Shown: in pieces, positions 11,652 through 25,089 of the stretch
Position numbering within the stretch: position 1 is the first letter of the stretch
How the letters are laid out: each line of letters begins with the position of its first letter
IMG/VR virus record: IMGVR_UViG_3300024999_000038
Coordinates: 64,001 to 128,000 of that record
DNA length: 64,000 nt
Direction: 5' to 3' (one strand)
Source: a virus
Position numbers and translations under genes: made by a program
Notes under the pieces: model-generated
What the model was told of the DNA's origin: nothing
Databases searched by the model: none
Seen by the model: the letters and a program-made list of their open reading frames with translations, nothing else

Positions 11652-14600
11652 AATGTTGATTTCGAAGTATTAAAAGAAGGGGAGTTATTTATTATGAAAG
11701 TAGATGGAGAACCATGCCCATATTGCGGTAAACACACATTTAGTTCTACTCATCTAAACGAGAGTGGAATGTCATATGTTGAATGTTATAAAGAGGATGG
11801 AGGTTGTGGTAGACCATATGTTGTATATGTTCCTGCTCCGACTGTTCAGGCAAGAAAATTAACCGAAGAAGAAATTAACCACATTCAATATATTTATCCT
11901 TGGCACAAAGAATTAAATATGAGTAAATGAAACTTAGCATTTCTGGGAATTAAGAAAGGATGATAAAATGAGTATTAAAAATGAACTATCAAATAAAAAA
12001 GAAAAAGCATTAATATACACTTGGAAGATTAATGATGTCGAACCAAATGAAAAGATAAAAATAAAAGAAATATTTGAGGCAACACCTATTAATGGCTTAG
12101 ATTTATTTAAATGGTGTGCTTTTTGCGGAGCCATGATTGAAAATGCAGAGGAAATAAATTTAGAAGATTATTATTTTCTTGAATTTGTAGGTTGTGGATC
12201 GTACAAAGCAACAAAAGCAGAGAAAAATGAATTGGTAAAAATTATTTCCTCTGTAGCAATGAGCAAAATTTGTGCAGGAGAAAATGTATATCGTAAAGTG
12301 GCAGGACATTATAAATTAGTTGAAGGAGGACATGACATATCAAATATAGCAGATTGGTTTTGTTATGGAGAATGGTATGCTGAAAGTAATTAAACTATAT
12401 AGAAAGGAGTAAGTGGTAATTATGATTAAATGTGAAACATTTGTATTCTTTAAGAATAATGTAAGATCAATTATTGCAATACACATTAAATGTAATTTAT
12501 TCACAAGAACATTTTACCTTGATAAAGAAATTGAATGGGTATCAGGGCCAGTTTATGATTGTATATTAAATAAACAAAAGATTGAGGTAAAATTAGTTAA
12601 TGATGATCCTAAATATGAGTTTCTAGTTGATGTTGTAGAATGGGAAGAACTTAAAACTTATAATGATCAGATTAATGAGTTATTAAAATAGAGAGGATGA
12701 GTAATAAATGAAATTAAATCTAACAATCGTAGGACAATCAATGCAAGAAATAAGAAATGCAATGGATGAATTCATGAAAGAATTTAATGACAATAGATTA
12801 GACAGTAATTGTAATTGGCCTCTTAATGATGGTAAACAAACTGAAATTGATTATGAGTTTACTAATGGAACTGATGTTTTCAATAAAAGCATGGAAGGAG
12901 AAGAGATTGTATATCCATATCAAGGCGAACAATGGTGGGAAGAAATAAGGAAAGAAGTTGTATTGGGAAGGAGTTAAAGTTATGTTAAAATTTGAGGAAA
13001 TGTTTATTAAAGGAAGATCAACAAATATTGAAAATCCTGCTTACAATAATTATTCTCAGTTATGGGAATGGTACAAACTTCACACTGAAAATAAAAAATT
13101 TCTAGAGAAAACTAAAAATAGAAAACCTATAGTAGATTTTAAAATTAGAGATTAATTCCATTCAAACTGCGATTTTAAATGATAATAATTTTAGAAAGAA
13201 GGAATCAAAATGACACTATCAAAAGAAAATTATGATAAATTAAATACTAATTATCTATATAAGAAAGAACCTGTGACTATAGATCATAGTCTTTACATTG
13301 GACGCACACCTATTACATATCATTGTAAGAATTGGACTTTTAAAGTTTATAAATACGATGATGGTAAGGCATATATGAGAGACACCGATTTTAATGATGC
13401 AGGAATTCAAGTCACAGATGAAAATATTGATGAATTTAAATTTGTTTTTGATTTTCGTGAAGTAAAGCAAATTCATGATTCTCATTCAAATGAATACAAT
13501 GAAGAAGATTTATATTATGTAGCTACAAATAGTGGAGGATATTCTTGCGGAGGGTGTTATTGGGTTAATAAAAACACTAAAGAATCTAAAGAATTATTAA
13601 TTGGTAAAAAGAAAAGAGAAATTGGTTCATTAAAAAATAAATTAGAATGGGCAGAAAATGATTTAGTAAGATTATTAGGAGGAATGTAAATATGAAAATC
13701 ACAACAACTTTAGAAGTATCCAAAGAAGAGAAAAATCTAATTCATTCTGCCCTAACAACATATGTTGAACATCTCACCAAAATGCTCTCAGACAGTCCAG
13801 AAAGTGGTTGTAAGACGTTTATTAATACTACCCTAACAAACGCCAATCGTCTATTATCTGAGATGGAATTAAGCTTATAAAGGAGAATAAACGAAATGTC
13901 TGAAACAGAATTATTAATTCAAGAAACAATAATATATCTGTTAGAAATTAGAAAAGATTATTCTAAAAGTGTATCAATGGATGATATTGGGAAAGTAAGG
14001 ACTATAACTAATGCTGTAGAATTATTACATCAGTATTTAGGATTGATGCAATAAAGGAAAGGAGATTAAAAATGAAAAACAATAAATTGACAAAAGAAAT
14101 AAAAGAATTCTTTTCAGAAAAAGGAATCGATAATACACAAGAAAAATTAATTATGTGGTATGGATTTGCAGAATTGCAAATTAAGGAAGATACTTATTGG
14201 AGTCCTTGCGAAAACTGCGATAATCCAAGTTGTAGTAAAACAGAAGATTTTCCAATATGGTTTTGTGCGGATCAGAGATAAGAAAGGAGATTACATAAAT
14301 GTTTTTTTATTTAACTAAACAAAAAGCAGAAGTCAAGAAGGAAAAAATTATTAAAAGAGATGTCAAGAAATTTAAGAAATTATGTTTTAAAGAGTTCAAG
14401 TACAATGTAAGTATGGGCAAAGGTGTTACATTTGTAGATTTTTGTTCAAATGTAAATCATGATTTTCAACATGAGATAGCAAAAATTGTACTAGAAGAAT
14501 TAAAACAAGAACATAAAAACATAGATTTTTCATTTTGTTTCAGACATTGTGAAAATAGTTATCAAGGGATTAAAATGGTGGCATTATGATGTCAAACACA

Positions 14601-17600
14601 TGTATTTCTTGTAGATTTTACTCGCCATGTTCTATTGTAGGTAAATTGTGTGATATCTTAAACGGTTATTATCATTATTATGAAGAAAATCCAATAGCAA
14701 AAGATTGGAACAACGGGCATTGGGATGATGATAGTGGAGATTAATCTAATTAAAGGTATTCTTATCCAACTTGTCGAATATATCACTTATATAAATTAAA
14801 ATTAGTAGAATTAGCAGGTGATAAAATGAATTATCAAGTACCAAAATGTAATAAATGTCAACACCATAAACATAATTCATTTCTCAGAGGATCACATTAT
14901 TGTACATTTTCAGCAATTAACAAAGATGAGATAAATGAGTGGATAAGAGTCTATGGTAGAGATATGAAGACGAGTCCTAAATGGTGTCCGATAAGAAAGG
15001 AGAAGGAATTATGATTAAAAATTTTAAATTTTTACAAAGAGAAAAATATTCGGAAGACATAGATATTTTATGGTTTTCAATTGGTAAATTTAATTTTAGA
15101 TGGTTTACAGATTATGGATGGTGGTTTATTTATATTGAATTGGAAGATGATAAAAATATAAAAGGATATAGATTTAGTAGTGCAGGTAATATGAAGATTG
15201 ATAATAAGAAAGGATGAATAAAATGATAATAGAACAAGAATTTAAAATAGACAATAGAGTAGTACATTATGCTTATGGAGAAGGGACTATATTAGGCAAT
15301 TATCACAAAAGATTAGACGGTAAATATTATTGGCATATTCAATATGATAATGGCACATTTGGTTATAATCAAGAAATAAGTCTACATTTGATAGATTAAA
15401 TTAATTCTTAAAAGGAGAATAAAAATAAGATGCAAAGAGATTTAACATTGGAAGAACTAATATTACTTAATAAATCCAAAGTAAAAATGCTTGAAGATAA
15501 ATATAATATTCAAATTAATGTCCAAACACACAGTATTGGGATGGGCGATAAAGGGTATGATTATGGTATTTATAATCCACAGAATGGTAAATCGTGGTCG
15601 AGTGATATAGATGGTGAGCGTTTAGAGATTGATGTTTTATGGGTAGTTTATTAAACTCTATAAATACACTTTGAAAGGAGATATAAATATGAGAGATTTT
15701 ACTAAAGAAGAATCTAAAAGATATGAGGAAGTGTTGAACAAATTATACAAACCTACAGGAAGAAATTTCTTTGATGATATTAGCGAGAATGAAAAACCAA
15801 TAAATATTTACATAGTAATCCGAAGACAGTCAACTTATAATTTTGGTACAGACGAAAGAATTTTAAAATCTTTTACAAGTGAAGAATCTGCACAACAATT
15901 TATTAATAAGGATTGTATTTCAACATCAGAAAATGTATGGTTTTCAATTGAAGAGTGCGAATTAGTTTCCTAGAAATTTCCACTTTCAACGTAATTTAAA
16001 AATTATAATGGAGGATGAAAATATATGAATGCAATACAAACTGCAAAAGCGATTATAAGGATAATAGATGATATAGAGGCAAATGCAATCGAAAGTGAAT
16101 GGGATGAATTAAACGAACTAAGTCAAGGTGATGATATGAGTTTACAAGTAGTTGCAGATAAACTTGTTAAACTAAATCAAAGAGTAAATGAAAGAATAAA
16201 AACAGAACGTTATAGGATATCTATAGTTGATCATGAACAAACTACAATTGATTTCGCATTTAATCAAGATACAACAATGAAAGAGTTTATTTCAGAGTTA
16301 GAGAAAACCGCACATTGTGATATATCAGACATAAAAATACGTTATATATGCAGGGAATAAACCCACCAAAAGACATCTTTGAATGGATTTTTGAAAATAA
16401 TTAGAAAGAAGGGTGTTTATGAACAATTTAAAAATTAAAGCATTTATTAAACCAAAATTTGATAAACATAATAGTTTTGATTATGGTGGATTTGATGTGG
16501 GTGAAGGGACTCCGTACAAGATTGTATCTATTAATTTTAATAGACGATCCATTACAGTTCATGAACCTAAATGGATTGATTGTATGGCATTTTCAATTAA
16601 TATTGAACAAGGAAGAACTGCGTCTGGATTTTGTGGATACACAACTAATGATTATTCATTTGATGATATCGAAATACAGTCAATAGATATTGATAGCAAT
16701 ATATTATCTGAAAGTGAAATGAAAAGTATGAGAGATATTGCGGAAAATGAAATTAGGTTAATGAATGAATATTGAGCATTTAAAACACAACACTTATTGG
16801 AAAGGAGAAAAAGAATAGTGAGTAATGGAGATAGAGAATGTCCAAATTGTAATGAATTTAGTTTATATGAACTTGGTTTGAACATATGGAAATGTGACTT
16901 ATGTGGTAGTGAATTTAATGATAAATGGTTAGATGAAGATATAGAAGAATAAAAAGGAGTGTAAATAAATGAATAGCCTAAAAATGAACATAGGCGGTAT
17001 AAAATGTGACAACAAGGAATGCAACTTCAATGATATGACAGTCTTATTTGAGGATTATGACAAATGGTTAAATAAACCATGCCCCAAGTGTGGAAGTAAT
17101 CTATTAACTCAAAAAGACTATGATACAGTTAAAATGTTAATGGATATTACTGGAATTATAAACGAGTGTATTCCAGATGCTATTGAAGATGGACAATCAT
17201 ACAAAATGTCAGCAGATTTTAATGGAACAGGAAAAGTGGTTTTCTCTGAAATTGAACCAATAGAGAAAGAAGGAATTAGATAATGAAATACTGGGAACAC
17301 ACTATTGACAATAATTTATCATTTGAAAATGTTAAACGTCAAATCAAGGAATATTATCCTTACTATGCTACAAGACCTTGTTGGGATGGAGTTCATTTTT
17401 ACAGTAAACAAGGGCAGTATTGTATATTACTTAAAGATGGAACTGTTATGATTGATGCTTTGGATAAAGTATACTCAAAAGATGAAAATGATTGGATGAT
17501 AGTAATAATTACAGATGAAGCAGTTAAGATATTGGAAGATAATAATTTATTGGAATATATTCATAGATATGATTATCATGGATTAAAAATATGTCCTTAT

Positions 17601-18628
17601 AATAAGGAATGTTGCCCTCTTAAATTAGATTGGAATTGGTGCGTAGAAGATTGCGATACTTGTGAAAGAAAGTTGGAGAGGAGGAATAATTAATGTATAG
17701 TTCATCTTTAGATTTTTGGTATAAAAAGAGATTTGAACACATAAGCAAGAAGTTGAATAAGGAAGTTGATAGAGAGCATGATTTAATACTTAGAAAAAGT
17801 TATACTAAAAAGAATTAGTATTTGGTATGAAAATATTTTTACTTTTTGGTGTAGAACTTGGCATTTGGATCGGATATTTAATTTGGGCATAAAATTACAT
17901 GAATTAGTTACTAAAAGAAATATGGGAGGAATAAATAATGAAACAATTTGAGAAATGTTCAATATTAAAAGAAAAAAATAGTCATTATTCAAATTCATCA
18001 AATAAACTTCGTGATATTTTTTCATTTGGTGAAATGAATCGTACAGATGGTAAATATGCACATGGAGAAATAATGCCAATGACCGAAGAAGATAAAGCAA
18101 GAGATAGAGAAGAGATTAGGGCATATATGAGTAATGAAAACTATAAAGAAGTAATATTTAAGCTAAATGAATTAATAAGACATTTGCTAATAGATTCTGG
18201 CGATGTTAAAGGAGAGAATTTGAAATATTGGATTGATTACTGGGATAGGATTGAATCTGAAAACCAAGATATTATTGATGAAATATATAATGTTTAGCAA
18301 ATCAAATCGTTCTTTTATCGGATAGAAGAAAGGAGATTAATATTATGCTTGATAAAGAAAGTCATATGAAAATTTGTAATTTATTTAATGAAGTATTGAA
18401 GGATTTGGAAAAAGAATACAGAAGTGCTAATTTTGAATATGGAAATTTTAATGTAGTGAAAGGAAGAGAGATTACAGAACAAGAAAGACAATATATTCAT
18501 CAATATAGAGTTAAATTAAATCAATTGTTAAAAGAAATCTAAAGCATTTAAAAGCATTAAGCAAGCATTAATCTATTTGGTTTTGATAAATATGCTAACA
18601 AAAAATAATATTAAGGAGAGATAAAAAA

Positions 18629-19543
18629 TTGGCAAGAAATATACCATATGAAGAAAATCATCGAATTAATGAAAATGATGAATTACAAAAGAAATGTAAT
18701 ATCCATGAGGAATATTTTCACGGAGAAGATCCTTGGTTTCCTTGTACAGATGAATACTTCTATAAAGTTAAAAATAAACATGATGGTTTAGGTACTTGGT
18801 GTAAAAAATGTAGTAGTAAAAAGGCTATGAAATGGTCAGAAGAAAATCCTGATAAATTTACAGAATCTCAAGAAAAATACAAATTAAATCCAAATAGACC
18901 TGAGACTTTTAAAAGGCATAATGCAAAAATAAGGGCAGAAGGATATTTTGAAGAATATATTAAAAGACCTGAAGTTAAGGCTAGGAAATATCATGAGAAA
19001 CATAAAAATCATGATATAAGTGAAAAAGAATGGCTGGCTTGTAAAGACTATTTCAAAGATGAAGACAATGACTGGTGTTGTGCTTATTGTGGATTAAAGA
19101 TTCAAGACCATTGGATAAGAATTAGAGAAAAAGTATTAAGAAGTGATTTTCATAAAGAACATAAGGATGATAAAGGTTATAACGATATTAGAAATTGTAT
19201 ACCGTCTTGTCGAAATTGTAATAGTGATAAACGTATTATTGATTGGGAAAAATGGTACAGGAAACAATATTTCTTTTCTGAAGAAAGATATAATAAAATA
19301 ATAAAATGGACTAATGAAGACTATAAACTATACATAGAGGATAAGCCTCCTTATAGAATAGTAAAGAAAAAGAATAAATTTGATAATAAATTTCATCACG
19401 AATTATGGAGCGTAGACAAATACAGGAATATGATAGAATGTATACATACAGAAATTACGAAAAAAGACGTACAAGAATGGATAGAAGATAATCCAATTGA
19501 ACTTGTAATAAATAAAGAGGAGGATATAATTAATGAATTGTAA
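18629..19543 (+). CDS. Free-standing HNH endonuclease (McrA/HNH-type Zn finger)
   Basis: CAYCG...HKEH...NCIPSCRNCNSDK; paralog of 46527-47564. Confidence 0.8.
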   Translation: MARNIPYEENHRINENDELQKKCNIHEEYFHGEDPWFPCTDEYFYKVKNKHDGLGTWCKKCSSKKAMKWSEENPDKFTESQEKYKLNPNRPETFKRHNAKIRAEGYFEEYIKRPEVKARKYHEKHKNHDISEKEWLACKDYFKDEDNDWCCAYCGLKIQDHWIRIREKVLRSDFHKEHKDDKGYNDIRNCIPSCRNCNSDKRIIDWEKWYRKQYFFSEERYNKIIKWTNEDYKLYIEDKPPYRIVKKKNKFDNKFHHELWSVDKYRNMIECIHTEITKKDVQEWIEDNPIELVINKEEDIINEL

Positions 19544-19973
19544 ATATTGTAATTTAGAAATCACCAAAGAACAAAACAATTACTATAATGGATGTTGTGA
19601 TGGAGTTTGTGAAAATAGATATAAAAATGCACTTAAACAATTACAATGTAAATTATGTGGTTTAAAAATAACTGAAGAAGAATATCAATATTATATTGGA
19701 TTCTGTTCTAGCGGCTGTGCAGGTGAGTATGATGAATTGCGTAGGGAAAGAGAAAGGGATTAGAATTGTCATTCTAAAGGAGAAATATTCAAAATGAAAC
19801 TTTATGTTACTAAAGAAGAGGCAGACAGATTAGAAAAATTAATTCAAATAATCAATAATAAATTTACTACAATAGTATCTAGGGAAATAGCTAAAACTCA
19901 ATATGAATCAACAATAAGATTTATCAAAGGCAATCGTGGTTATGAGAGATAAAGAATTAATAAATAAAATATG

Positions 19974-20003
19974 TTGACCTTAATATAAGCAGTGTGGTAT
20001 ACT
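19974..20003 (+). promoter_or_regulatory. SigA-type promoter
   Basis: TTGACC-18-TATACT with extended TG, in an intergenic gap. Confidence 0.55.
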
Positions 20004-20714
20004 AAGACGATAAAGAAATTTATGTTTGAGAGGAAGTGAAAATAAAATGATTAATAAATGTTTCAATTGTGGTGAAGAAATTGATGATTAACTTGATATA
20101 TATGCTGTTTTGGTTGGAATAAGTGGCAGTATTAATTTTTGCGAATTATGTGGAAAAAACTTATAATATTCCAAATTGGTATAATAAGAAAACAAAACCA
20201 TATAAACATTCTGGCAAAATTAGAATAGATTTTATGGATTATGATCGTAATTATGATGAATAGGAGGTGAATACCCCATGAGCGAACCATTATACGAGTG
20301 TCCAAAATGTCACACTTATCACAATACAAAAGAATGGAATGATTATAATAGATTAGGTATTGAACTTCGTGCAACAATTAAATTACCAGAAGCAATAGAT
20401 AGAAAAGCAAATTTAATTTGTCCAACTTGTTACAGAAGAGTTTGTTGTGGAGATATGTGTGAAATAATTTAAGGAGTAAAATTATGAATAAAACAAAATG
20501 TTTAAATACATTAGCTTGGTTCATTTGGAAATCACAAGAAGACAATTGGAGTCTTGAATATGACAAGAAAATTGATTCTAAAATATTTGGGATTATTGAC
20601 AATGATGAATATGATGGATGGAAATTCGTTCCAGTTTTACATATGGGATCTTATGTTTATGATGTTAAAATTAAAGGTTAGAAGGATGAATAAGTAGGAG
20701 TAAGGTGAGAAAAC

Positions 20715-21128
20715 ATGTCAAAAATTAAACATAGTTGGATAGATGATCTAGAATGCGGAGATATAATCCAAAGACATGAAACAGGTGTAACTTATTCATT
20801 TGTTGGAATAAATGAAGATGGTGAATATATGTTATATGGTATGCCTTATGGACATAGCAGAGAAGTATTTGAAACATTTGTATTAGTTAAAAAGAAAAAT
20901 GAGATTAAGATTAATGAACATCCTAAAATAAAAAATCATAATATTAGTAAAGAATTAGGATACACATCCCTTGAGCAATTTGAATATGAATACAATGGTA
21001 TTATTGAATTTAAATTATCATCTACAGAAGATATACATTCACTAATTGGTAGACTTATACATGAGAAATGGAAATTTGCTGTAGATGATTATACTTCAAC
21101 AACATTAAAAGTAAAATTTAATAAATAA
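20715..21128 (+). CDS. Hypothetical protein; N-terminal domain paralogous to 26181-26378
   Basis: WIDDLECGD...YSFVGINEDGEYMLYGMPYG versus WIYELERGD...YEFMGMNDEGLYMLCGMPFG. Confidence 0.7.
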   Translation: MSKIKHSWIDDLECGDIIQRHETGVTYSFVGINEDGEYMLYGMPYGHSREVFETFVLVKKKNEIKINEHPKIKNHNISKELGYTSLEQFEYEYNGIIEFKLSSTEDIHSLIGRLIHEKWKFAVDDYTSTTLKVKFNK

Positions 21129-21198
21129 TTGTAGGATGAATTTAAGGATGTGATGATATATATGATTGTGATAAATAAATTTTAGCAATTATGAAAGG

Positions 21199-21435
21199 AT
21201 GATTAAACAAATAATGAATAAACAAACAAATAATTATCCAAAAGACTATTGCATAATGTCTTTACAATTAGCTCAGATATTGATGAATAAAGGTTATGAA
21301 TTACATAATACTGCACCAAATAAAAAATTTCCTAATCTAAATGTTTATTATTTTTATTACAATGATTTAATTGAACAAGAAGTAAAATTATATGAACAAA
21401 ATAATAAAAGAAATAAATTTAACAAACAATTTTAA
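21199..21435 (+). CDS. Small protein (DUF5659-like) upstream of the putative origin
   Basis: IMSLQLAQILMNKGY...PNKK.P...VYYF pattern. Confidence 0.45.
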   Translation: MIKQIMNKQTNNYPKDYCIMSLQLAQILMNKGYELHNTAPNKKFPNLNVYYFYYNDLIEQEVKLYEQNNKRNKFNKQF

Positions 21436-21465
21436 ATTTATTTTTCGGTAGGGAGGATATTAGTT

Positions 21466-21585
21466 ACTCTTATTAAGAATTAGTCTCTCTTATTACACCT
21501 TATTAGGCGTACTGAATTTGACACGGGTAAACTTAGGTATACCTTAGATTAGGCGTACTAGATTTAGTACGGGTAAAATTTTACC
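21466..21585. repeat. Iteron-like direct repeats and palindromes; putative replication origin or operator
   Basis: ATTAGGCGTACT-N9-ACGGGTAAA at 21502 and 21548 (46-bp period); CGTACTA-gatt-TAGTACG at 21554-21571; GGTAAAATTTTACC at 21572-21585; three CTTATTA copies at the 5' side. Confidence 0.55.
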
Positions 21586-21619
21586 TTATTTATAAAACAA
21601 ATTTAGCAAAGGACAGTGA

Positions 21620-23056
21620 ATTAACATTAAACAAATAAACAAACAACAAGATAGAGAATTTTCTAAGATCCCAAACAAACTTTTCTATACTAAAGATGAA
21701 GGAAAGAAAAGTATTTTAGAAAAAGCAGAGTTCAATGAAAAAGCATTATGCATTTTAGATTATCTATATATGGGAACTGACAGAAGAGGTATAATTAGAT
21801 TTACAATTGAAAATATGATAAAACAATGTAGATTTAAAATAAGAACTGGAGAAAAAGAATCTGCATCTCAATTTAAAAAGATATTACATATATTACAAAG
21901 ACAATCAATAATACAAATTCTATCGGACGATGAAAATTTAACATGTAGTCCACTGATAGAAAATTATAAATTAAAAGATTTAATTATGTGTTCTTTGATG
22001 ATAGATTTAACCGAACAATTTGTTTTGTTAGATGCAAAAGAGAAAGATAAAATATATGAATATGATGAAGAGAAAATAAATCATTTAAGACTTTTATTAT
22101 ATTATTGCTACTTGAAATGTAGAATACATAAGCGTACAAAAGGTGATGAGTTAGTTAAGTCAGGAGGTAGAGCTGAAGTAGCATATCCAACATTTGAAAG
22201 AATTAATAAAGATTTAGGTCTTACAGATGATACAATTGATAAATATAATAAAATTCTAGTTACTTTAGACATGATAAGATATAGGTCAGCAGGTACTTGG
22301 TATTATAAAACAGATCCTAATAAAATAGTAAGAGAAAGTGTTAATTTTTATACTCTATTTACTGACGAAGAAGATTCACAACATAATTTAAATGAAGGAA
22401 TAAAATTCTTTAAGAAATTAGAAATAAATTCTAATAAGATTTTCACAGGGAAGAAGGATTATAAAAATAATAATAAAGTATTAAACGGTGAGCTTGGGTC
22501 TATTATAAAGAAAGAGAAGAAAGGTACTGCTACAGAAAAAGATATAAACAGAAAGAATGAGATATTGTACTCAATTAATGCCAATGAAGAACAATATGCT
22601 ATTCAAAGTTTGTTAGAATCTAATCTAGGTAAATTGCTTTCAGAAATTTACGAGGGATTTAATAGCGATAAGAAAGCAGAAAAATATTATGAGTTAGAAG
22701 AAAAATTAGGACTTCTTGATACTGGTGATAATGATAGTGGGGTTGACTTTGAGTATTATAAATGGGTAATGATTAACTATGAAAAAGATGAGCATGATTA
22801 TTATGTAAGTTGTGTGAATAAACGAAAAAGAGAAATGTATAGTCTTGAAGATATAATAAATTTCTCAGAACAAAAACAAAAAGGATTACATATTAATGGA
22901 GTGCCTTTGAAGAAGAGTAAAGATAATAATAAAGAAAAAGTAATAGAACAAGATGATAGTGATATTATAGAAGAATTAGGATTATGGGAAGACATAGACT
23001 CATTGAAAGAAGAAAATAAAAGATTTAATGATGATTGGTATTCAGAAGAAGAGTAA
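21620..23056 (+). CDS. Winged-helix DNA-binding protein, putative replication initiator (probable ATT start)
   Basis: AYPTFERINKDLGLTDDTIDKYNKILVTLDMI wHTH. Frame is open 50 codons upstream of ATG 21770 (…EFSKIPNKLFY…) back to ATT 21620, which follows AAAGGA. Confidence 0.55.
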   Translation: MNIKQINKQQDREFSKIPNKLFYTKDEGKKSILEKAEFNEKALCILDYLYMGTDRRGIIRFTIENMIKQCRFKIRTGEKESASQFKKILHILQRQSIIQILSDDENLTCSPLIENYKLKDLIMCSLMIDLTEQFVLLDAKEKDKIYEYDEEKINHLRLLLYYCYLKCRIHKRTKGDELVKSGGRAEVAYPTFERINKDLGLTDDTIDKYNKILVTLDMIRYRSAGTWYYKTDPNKIVRESVNFYTLFTDEEDSQHNLNEGIKFFKKLEINSNKIFTGKKDYKNNNKVLNGELGSIIKKEKKGTATEKDINRKNEILYSINANEEQYAIQSLLESNLGKLLSEIYEGFNSDKKAEKYYELEEKLGLLDTGDNDSGVDFEYYKWVMINYEKDEHDYYVSCVNKRKREMYSLEDIINFSEQKQKGLHINGVPLKKSKDNNKEKVIEQDDSDIIEELGLWEDIDSLKEENKRFNDDWYSEEE

Positions 23057-23066
23057 GTGAGAATAA

Positions 23067-23088
23067 GGGGCGGTTAATTCCGTCCCTA
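23067..23088 (+). terminator. Stem-loop/terminator after the Rep-like gene
   Basis: AGGGGCGG-ttaatt-CCGTCCCT followed by an AT-rich tract. Confidence 0.5.
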
Positions 23089-23757
23089 TATTTAAAGGAG
23101 GTGATAAAAAATGAAAGAACGTATTACAATGAAGCAGTTAAAAGAGTTAACTATTGATCAATCAATCAAATTAAAAAGTTGGTGGCAACCAAGAAAGTAT
23201 GACGTTATTATGGTAAAAGATAAAACATTTACTTTTAATAAATTACACTTTAAGACAGATGTTATTTTCGAAGATAATTATGATACTCAAAAAGAATTTC
23301 GTATGCCATTATTGTCAATTGGTCAGATGCTAAATATTTTATATGATTATAAATATGATTTTATCAATACTCACAATCTAAATTGGTACGGACATAATGA
23401 AACAGTATTATGTAGTTTAGGATTCATTATTACTTCATATCCAGAGTATATTTGTGACGCTCTTTGGGAAACTGTAAAAAGTATTTTATAAATACCAATG
23501 AATGTTCTGTTTCGAAGTATTATAAAATAATTAAGGAGGTGATAAAAATGTTATATTGTCCTCACTGTGATGAATTCCATTTAGATAGTGAATTAACCAT
23601 TCTTGTAGAACTTGATTATGTAGAATGTTTTAAATCAAATAGAGAAATAAAAACATACAAATATATCAATTCTGAAAATGTGATTACTTGGAGAAAAGAA
23701 CATGATTTTACTGAACTGTAAAATAAAAAATAAGATAATAAAAGGAGAGATAAAATA

Positions 23758-24477
23758 ATGGAATTAAAATTTATTGGCACAGGTTCAGCGTTTAATACTA
23801 AATTAGGAAATACTTCAGCATATATCAAAGAAAATGGTTGTTTATTACTTCTTGATTGTGGTGAGTTGACTTTTGATAGGATTATAAATATGAATCTATT
23901 AAATGATGTTAATGAAGTACATATTGCTGTAACTCATTGTCATCCAGACCACATAGGGAGTTTAGGGAGTTTAATATTCTATTGTCATTTTATTAAGAAA
24001 ATTAAGCCGATATTTCACGCAGTTGATATTAAATCTATTGAATTATTAGAACTTATGGGAGTTACTTATGATCATTGCTATTTTTATAATTGTATGGTTG
24101 ATAAGTTTGCAGAAATTAAATCTCTTAATCTTCAATTGTTATTCGTTCCTACAAAGCACGTAAATAAAATGAATTCTTTTGGAATATTAATTGCTAATCT
24201 AATCACAAGAAAAACTATTTATTATAGCGGAGATAGTTGTGAGATACCAAAATCTATTTTGTATGGTTTAAAATGCGGAGAACTTCATTATTTGTATCAA
24301 GATACTTGCAAAGTAGATTATGATGGTAATGTTCATTTGTCCTTAAGGAAACTTACAGAACTTATTCCCGAAGAGTTAAGGAGTATGGTTTATTGTATGC
24401 ATTTGGACAGTGTATTTGATAGAAGTGAGGCAGAGGGACTAGGATTTAATGTTGTTGAGATTGAAGGAGGTGAATAA
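23758..24477 (+). CDS. MBL-fold metallo-hydrolase (RNase Z-like)
   Basis: FIGTGSAF, LLLDCG, THCHPDHIG, YYSGDS, MHLD motifs. Confidence 0.9.
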   Translation: MELKFIGTGSAFNTKLGNTSAYIKENGCLLLLDCGELTFDRIINMNLLNDVNEVHIAVTHCHPDHIGSLGSLIFYCHFIKKIKPIFHAVDIKSIELLELMGVTYDHCYFYNCMVDKFAEIKSLNLQLLFVPTKHVNKMNSFGILIANLITRKTIYYSGDSCEIPKSILYGLKCGELHYLYQDTCKVDYDGNVHLSLRKLTELIPEELRSMVYCMHLDSVFDRSEAEGLGFNVVEIEGGE

Positions 24478-25089
24478 AATGGATTTTAACAAAGAATTGC
24501 AAATACTTAAGCAAAAAGAGCAAGAATTAATTAATAAAGCAAAGGCTAAAGGTTATAAATTTATCAATAATCAATTCACCAAAGATGAATTTATTCCTGT
24601 GATAGAGATTTATGCATACGGAGAAACAACTTATGAATCTTATGGTAATTTTATGATATTTAAAAAGACTATACCTTTAACAAAAGAACAGCTTTTAGAA
24701 ATCAAAGGTATACAGCAAACCAAAGAAAATATAATCAATGATTTTATGTATAATGATGGATTCTTAACAAAATTAGATGGATTAGATAGTTTTTATGATA
24801 TATCAGAATGGCATGGTATGTTGGATTCAGAAAACATTGATGGAATAGTAGAAGATTTAGAGGAAGAATATTCAATGTTAGAGGATGGATGTAATTTATA
24901 TTTAGAATTTTTCTTTGAGATAGAAGAGGGATTAAGGGGCTATATTAGTGTTTATGATATGCCATTAGATAAATTAGGACAACAAGATAATATAGATTTA
25001 ACTTTGCATAAATATCTTACTCAAAATTGATACCCTATGAAAGTCAATTTTCAACGGATAAAAAATAAATAATAAAAGGGGAATTATAA

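Noticed and set aside
15966-15993. Resemblance of GTTTCCTAGAA to the left arm of the B. subtilis dif site
   Set aside because: The right arm does not match TTATGTAAACT; treated as one member of the junction palindrome family, not a host dif.
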